Origin: an archaeon
GTDB lineage: Archaea; Iainarchaeota; Iainarchaeia; Iainarchaeales; CSSED10-239
Assembly (NCBI GenBank): GCA_029557995.1
Contig: JAKQHQ010000009.1
Location: forward strand, 1-37,256
DNA: 37,256 nucleotides
Direction of reading: 5' to 3'
Shown: positions 34,520 to 37,256 of the stretch, piece by piece
How positions within the stretch are numbered: the stretch's first letter is position 1
Layout of the letters: each line of letters begins with the position of its first letter
Notes under the pieces: generated by a model
Told to the model about the DNA's origin: nothing
The model's input: only the letters and a program-made list of their open reading frames with translations
Database searches by the model: none
Program-made: the position numbers and the translations under genes

Positions 34520-34729
34520 TTACCGACCCCTTGCATCCTTTGCTTCTGACTCTGGATTCATCAAGACAAGGACATCGCCTTTCTTTACAGTGCCCTTTAC
34601 ATTCCTTTTCTTGATTCTTCCTTTCTCAAAGCCCTCTAGTATCCTGCAAAGGACTTGTGTCGCCTCGCCCCTTGAGCCAGTTCTCCCGACAATCTCAACA
34701 ACCTCGGCTGGAACCCCTTCATCTGGCAT
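34520..34729 (-). CDS. rps28e: Ribosomal protein eS28 (S28e)
   Basis: 69 aa. [27 protein letters not shown] ... [22 protein letters not shown]. Confidence 0.92.
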   Translation of the reverse strand: MPDEGVPAEVVEIVGRTGSRGEATQVLCRILEGFEKGRIKKRNVKGTVKKGDVLVLMNPESEAKDARGR

Positions 34730-34748
34730 AATTATTCAACTCCTGTTT

Positions 34749-35234
34749 TTATTCTTTTTTTTCCTCTGCGCTCTTTTTTTCTTGGACATCCTTTTTAGCA
34801 GGCTGCTTCTTTTCAACTGGCTTTTTCTCAGGGGTTTTCTTCTCCTCTGGCTTTGGCTTAGCTGAGGCACCACCGCTTATCTCCTCTATCTTTGAAAGCA
34901 AGGAGCTAAACTCTTTTTTTAGCACACCTTCATCTACAACTGCAACTGCACTCGCCTTTGCAGAGATACCAGCTAGCTTCCCAAGCTCTTCCCTTGTCTG
35001 GACATAGGTGAAAGGAATGTTCTTTTCCTTGCAGATTACAGGAATATGCATTACAATTTCAGCTGGGGAAATGTCTTGGGCAAGAACCACAAGCTTTGCT
35101 GTGCTTCTCTCAATTGCTTTTGTAACCTCATTGATTCCAATCTTTAGTTTCCCTGACTTGGAAATCTTTGTGAGGGTGTCTATCTGAAGATTCCTAAGCT
35201 CCTCAGGTACTGAAAACTTAACAAACTCTTGCAT
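34749..35234 (-). CDS. rpl7ae: Ribosomal protein L7Ae (K-turn binding) with a ~40-aa K/E/P-rich C-terminal extension
   Basis: 161 aa. KIGINEVTKAIERSTAKLVVLAQDISPAEIVMHIPVICKEKNIPFTYV core. Tail AKPKPEEKKTPEKKPVEKKQPAKKDVQEKKSAEEKKE. Confidence 0.9.
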   Translation of the reverse strand: MQEFVKFSVPEELRNLQIDTLTKISKSGKLKIGINEVTKAIERSTAKLVVLAQDISPAEIVMHIPVICKEKNIPFTYVQTREELGKLAGISAKASAVAVVDEGVLKKEFSSLLSKIEEISGGASAKPKPEEKKTPEKKPVEKKQPAKKDVQEKKSAEEKKE

Positions 35235-35351
35235 ATTTTAAAACCTCCAAATTACTTTTTTTCATCGGCTTTTTTCTTTAGAAAAAAGATGTATTATAAT
35301 ATATTTATTATAAAGTAAGCTTTTTAAATAGATTTATAGTTTTATTAGTTT

Positions 35352-35783
35352 ATGATACCAAAAGAAATATTGAAGGAAGTAAAAACGCAGGAACTGCTCT
35401 CCCTTTGCTTAAGAAGGCAAATTGGCGCTGTTATTGTAAAAGATGGAAAGGTTGTTGCTTGTGGGCACAATGGGAACAGCAAAAAGCTAAAGCCCTGCAA
35501 GGATATTGGCTGCGCAAAGAATTACTTTAAGGTCAGGCCTGGGCAAAGAAACGAGCTGTGCACTGGTGTGTGTGCTGAGCAAAGGGCAATCATTACTGCA
35601 TTAAAGAAAGGCATTGACTTAAATGAAGCTAAACTTTATTGCAGTTATTCTCCATGCACTATCTGCTCAAGGCTTTTAGTGGAACTTGGTTTTAGCGAGG
35701 TGCATTATCTCAGGAACTATGGGGACCCACTCTCCAAGCAGATATTACTGCTTGGTGGTGTGAAAAGAGAAAAAGAAAGATAA
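35352..35783 (+). CDS. dCMP/cytidine deaminase-family zinc enzyme
   Basis: 143 aa. CLRRQIGAVIVKDGKVVACGHNG, the Zn/catalytic motif VCAEQRAI (C-A-E variant), and SPCTICSRLL (PCxxC). Confidence 0.82.
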   Translation: MIPKEILKEVKTQELLSLCLRRQIGAVIVKDGKVVACGHNGNSKKLKPCKDIGCAKNYFKVRPGQRNELCTGVCAEQRAIITALKKGIDLNEAKLYCSYSPCTICSRLLVELGFSEVHYLRNYGDPLSKQILLLGGVKREKER

Positions 35784-35791
35784 TTGAAATA

Positions 35792-37159
35792 TTATTTTGT
35801 AATTGTAATATTTGTCATTCTTGTGTCTGTAAATGTATTCCCTTCTTTCTCTGCATGTAATTGAACATAAATCAAAACCTCGCCGTGCCCACCAAATGCT
35901 GAGGCAGGATAACCTATTGCATCAAGACAATTTGTATCTAAAATCAGGCTTCCTTCTTGCCCAGTAGTTAAATTATGATAATACCAATCACATGAGACCG
36001 AAGAAAGATTAGATATGTTGCTTTGAGTTAACCCTGTCCTAGCGCTAATCCAATCAACTGGTGTATATAATGTGTCCCGTGCTGGGAATTGCATATCCAA
36101 AGGTAAAATACCATTACCCCAATTACTCCTAAGATCGGCTATCACTGTTAATCCATCACTTACTATCTCTTCTATACCGTTAGTTGCTTTAACATAAAAA
36201 TGAAACATGCTAACTGGGGATGAACCATCAAACCAAAAGCCATTACATGAAGGGTTATAACATACTTGAACTAACTCCGAAAAATTGTCTCCTGTATATA
36301 CAATTCCATCCTTTGGCATATCATATGCCCAATTGTAGTTAAAATCATTAGTTACATCTTGCCCAAACCGGTCTGTTGTTTTTGCATATAAATACATTGG
36401 CGTGTGTGCTGCTAAAAATTCAAACGGAATGCCTCCTGGAAGGGTTGGAGATAGAATTGATACAATATAACTTGGCTCTTTTATTTCTTTGCTTATCGAG
36501 CTTATAATCTCTTGCTCTGGGCTTCCTATTGGGGACACAAAATATGTAAATAAATATATCCCTGCGGATTTACAAGAAAACCTTGTTGTTATACTATATA
36601 CCCCAGATGCTTCTTCTGGTTCTAATAAACCAATATTTTCAAATGTAGAACCATACACTCCATTGTATTTGCAATTCATTGACCCAAAACCATCCTTTTC
36701 TATTGTGATTTTAGTTAGCTCCATATCTGGTGTTTGTGTGGATAATTTAATTTCAAAATATTCATTGAGTAAGGAACTGCTGTTTGGGATTAATTCTAAA
36801 GTAATGGTTTCTGAATACCCACTGCTACAATCTTCTGGACAATCAATCATTGTTTCTGTGGCATCACATGTGCCATCCCCACAAGATGACCCTTCGGGTG
36901 GTTCTTCCATACCAGGTTCTTCCATACCAATAGCGCTGGATGCTATCTGCTGTTCGTCGTTGTAGATTAAAGAACCCTCTATGCTATTATAGATGTCTCC
37001 ATTAGTGCTGTTTCTGTCTTGCTGTGTGCCTGGGTCTGTAACAAAGATGTTCCTCACATTGCTAAGATAAAACATGCCAAAGATTACAGAACCGATCACA
37101 AGCACACCAAAAATAATCAATACTTCTAAAGAACCCTGCCCTCTCTTCGTGGATATCAT
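35792..37159 (-). CDS. Large secreted protein with an archaeal class III (type IV pilin-like) signal peptide
   Basis: The track ORF starts at 37216. The internal ATG at 37159 has GGGTG ~9 nt upstream and gives MISTKRGQGSLEVLIIFGVLVIGSVIFGMFYL (K/R-G-Q cleavage context plus a hydrophobic helix). Downstream are the Cys motif SCGDGTCDATETMIDCPEDC and a ~350-aa beta-rich body. Confidence 0.65.
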   Translation of the reverse strand: MISTKRGQGSLEVLIIFGVLVIGSVIFGMFYLSNVRNIFVTDPGTQQDRNSTNGDIYNSIEGSLIYNDEQQIASSAIGMEEPGMEEPPEGSSCGDGTCDATETMIDCPEDCSSGYSETITLELIPNSSSLLNEYFEIKLSTQTPDMELTKITIEKDGFGSMNCKYNGVYGSTFENIGLLEPEEASGVYSITTRFSCKSAGIYLFTYFVSPIGSPEQEIISSISKEIKEPSYIVSILSPTLPGGIPFEFLAAHTPMYLYAKTTDRFGQDVTNDFNYNWAYDMPKDGIVYTGDNFSELVQVCYNPSCNGFWFDGSSPVSMFHFYVKATNGIEEIVSDGLTVIADLRSNWGNGILPLDMQFPARDTLYTPVDWISARTGLTQSNISNLSSVSCDWYYHNLTTGQEGSLILDTNCLDAIGYPASAFGGHGEVLIYVQLHAEKEGNTFTDTRMTNITITK

Positions 37160-37176
37160 CTTTCTAACACCCTTTT

Positions 37177-37256
37177 TTAAGTTAAAATTACCAATGGCAC
37201 AACTGCAACTGCGCATGATAAGCTCCCTAATATATCAAGTGCATCAGTTACCTGAG
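37177..37256 (-). CDS. 3' end of an ORF entering from the right window edge
   Basis: The reverse strand reads ...QVTDALDILGSLSCAVAVVPLVILT then a stop at ~37177, 17 nt upstream of the 37159 ATG. The fragment is too short to identify. Confidence 0.2.
   Translation of the reverse strand, partial: QVTDALDILGSLSCAVAVVPLVILT

Noticed and set aside
35352-35783. C-A-E instead of H-A-E zinc-ligand motif in the deaminase as a sign of novel function
   Set aside because: Cys in place of His at this ligand position is a normal variant within the cytidine/dCMP deaminase superfamily, so it is not informative alone.

Overview
AT-rich archaeal chromosome segment. All calls come from reading the translations and sequence by eye; no searches were run. 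The gene content and style suggest a small, reduced genome, possibly DPANN-like, but that is inference only. Supporting observations are compact conserved proteins, GGTGA-type Shine-Dalgarno sites, TTG/GTG starts and a tRNA-Ile with a UAU anticodon.

Most of the window is core information-processing genes:
- Replication and repair: DnaG-type primase, Hjc resolvase.
- tRNA and translation factors: Pth2, Kae1, CysRS, AsnRS, IleRS, aIF2-gamma, aIF5B.
- Other core functions: SSB-like OB-fold protein, thermosome, NOL1/NOP2/Sun m5C methyltransferase, dCMP deaminase.
- Two conserved archaeal clusters: aIF5B / S6e / aIF2-gamma / PIN / Rpo7 / Spt4 / S24e / S27ae, and L7Ae / S28e / L24e.
- Five tRNA genes: Leu, Val, Ile-UAU, Ile-GAU, Gln.

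I saw no rRNA, CRISPR array, transposase or integrase.

The less ordinary parts are:
1. Three consecutive very acidic small proteins upstream of the thermosome: a histone-fold-like protein plus two D/E/F/Y-rich ORFs, one of which is missing from the ORF track.
2. A cell-surface module: an 1165-aa FN3-containing anchored protein tightly coupled to a geranylgeranyl-reductase-family gene, followed by a secreted coiled-coil protein and a small anchored acidic protein.
3. A large pilin-signal adhesin-like protein and a secreted transglutaminase-like protein at the two window edges.
4. A 452-nt ORF-free intergenic region holding a GC-rich, hairpin-forming island.
5. Two perfect or near-perfect tandem duplications (49 bp and 60 bp) and several atypical tRNA features.

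Hand-derived coordinates may be off by 1-2 nt.
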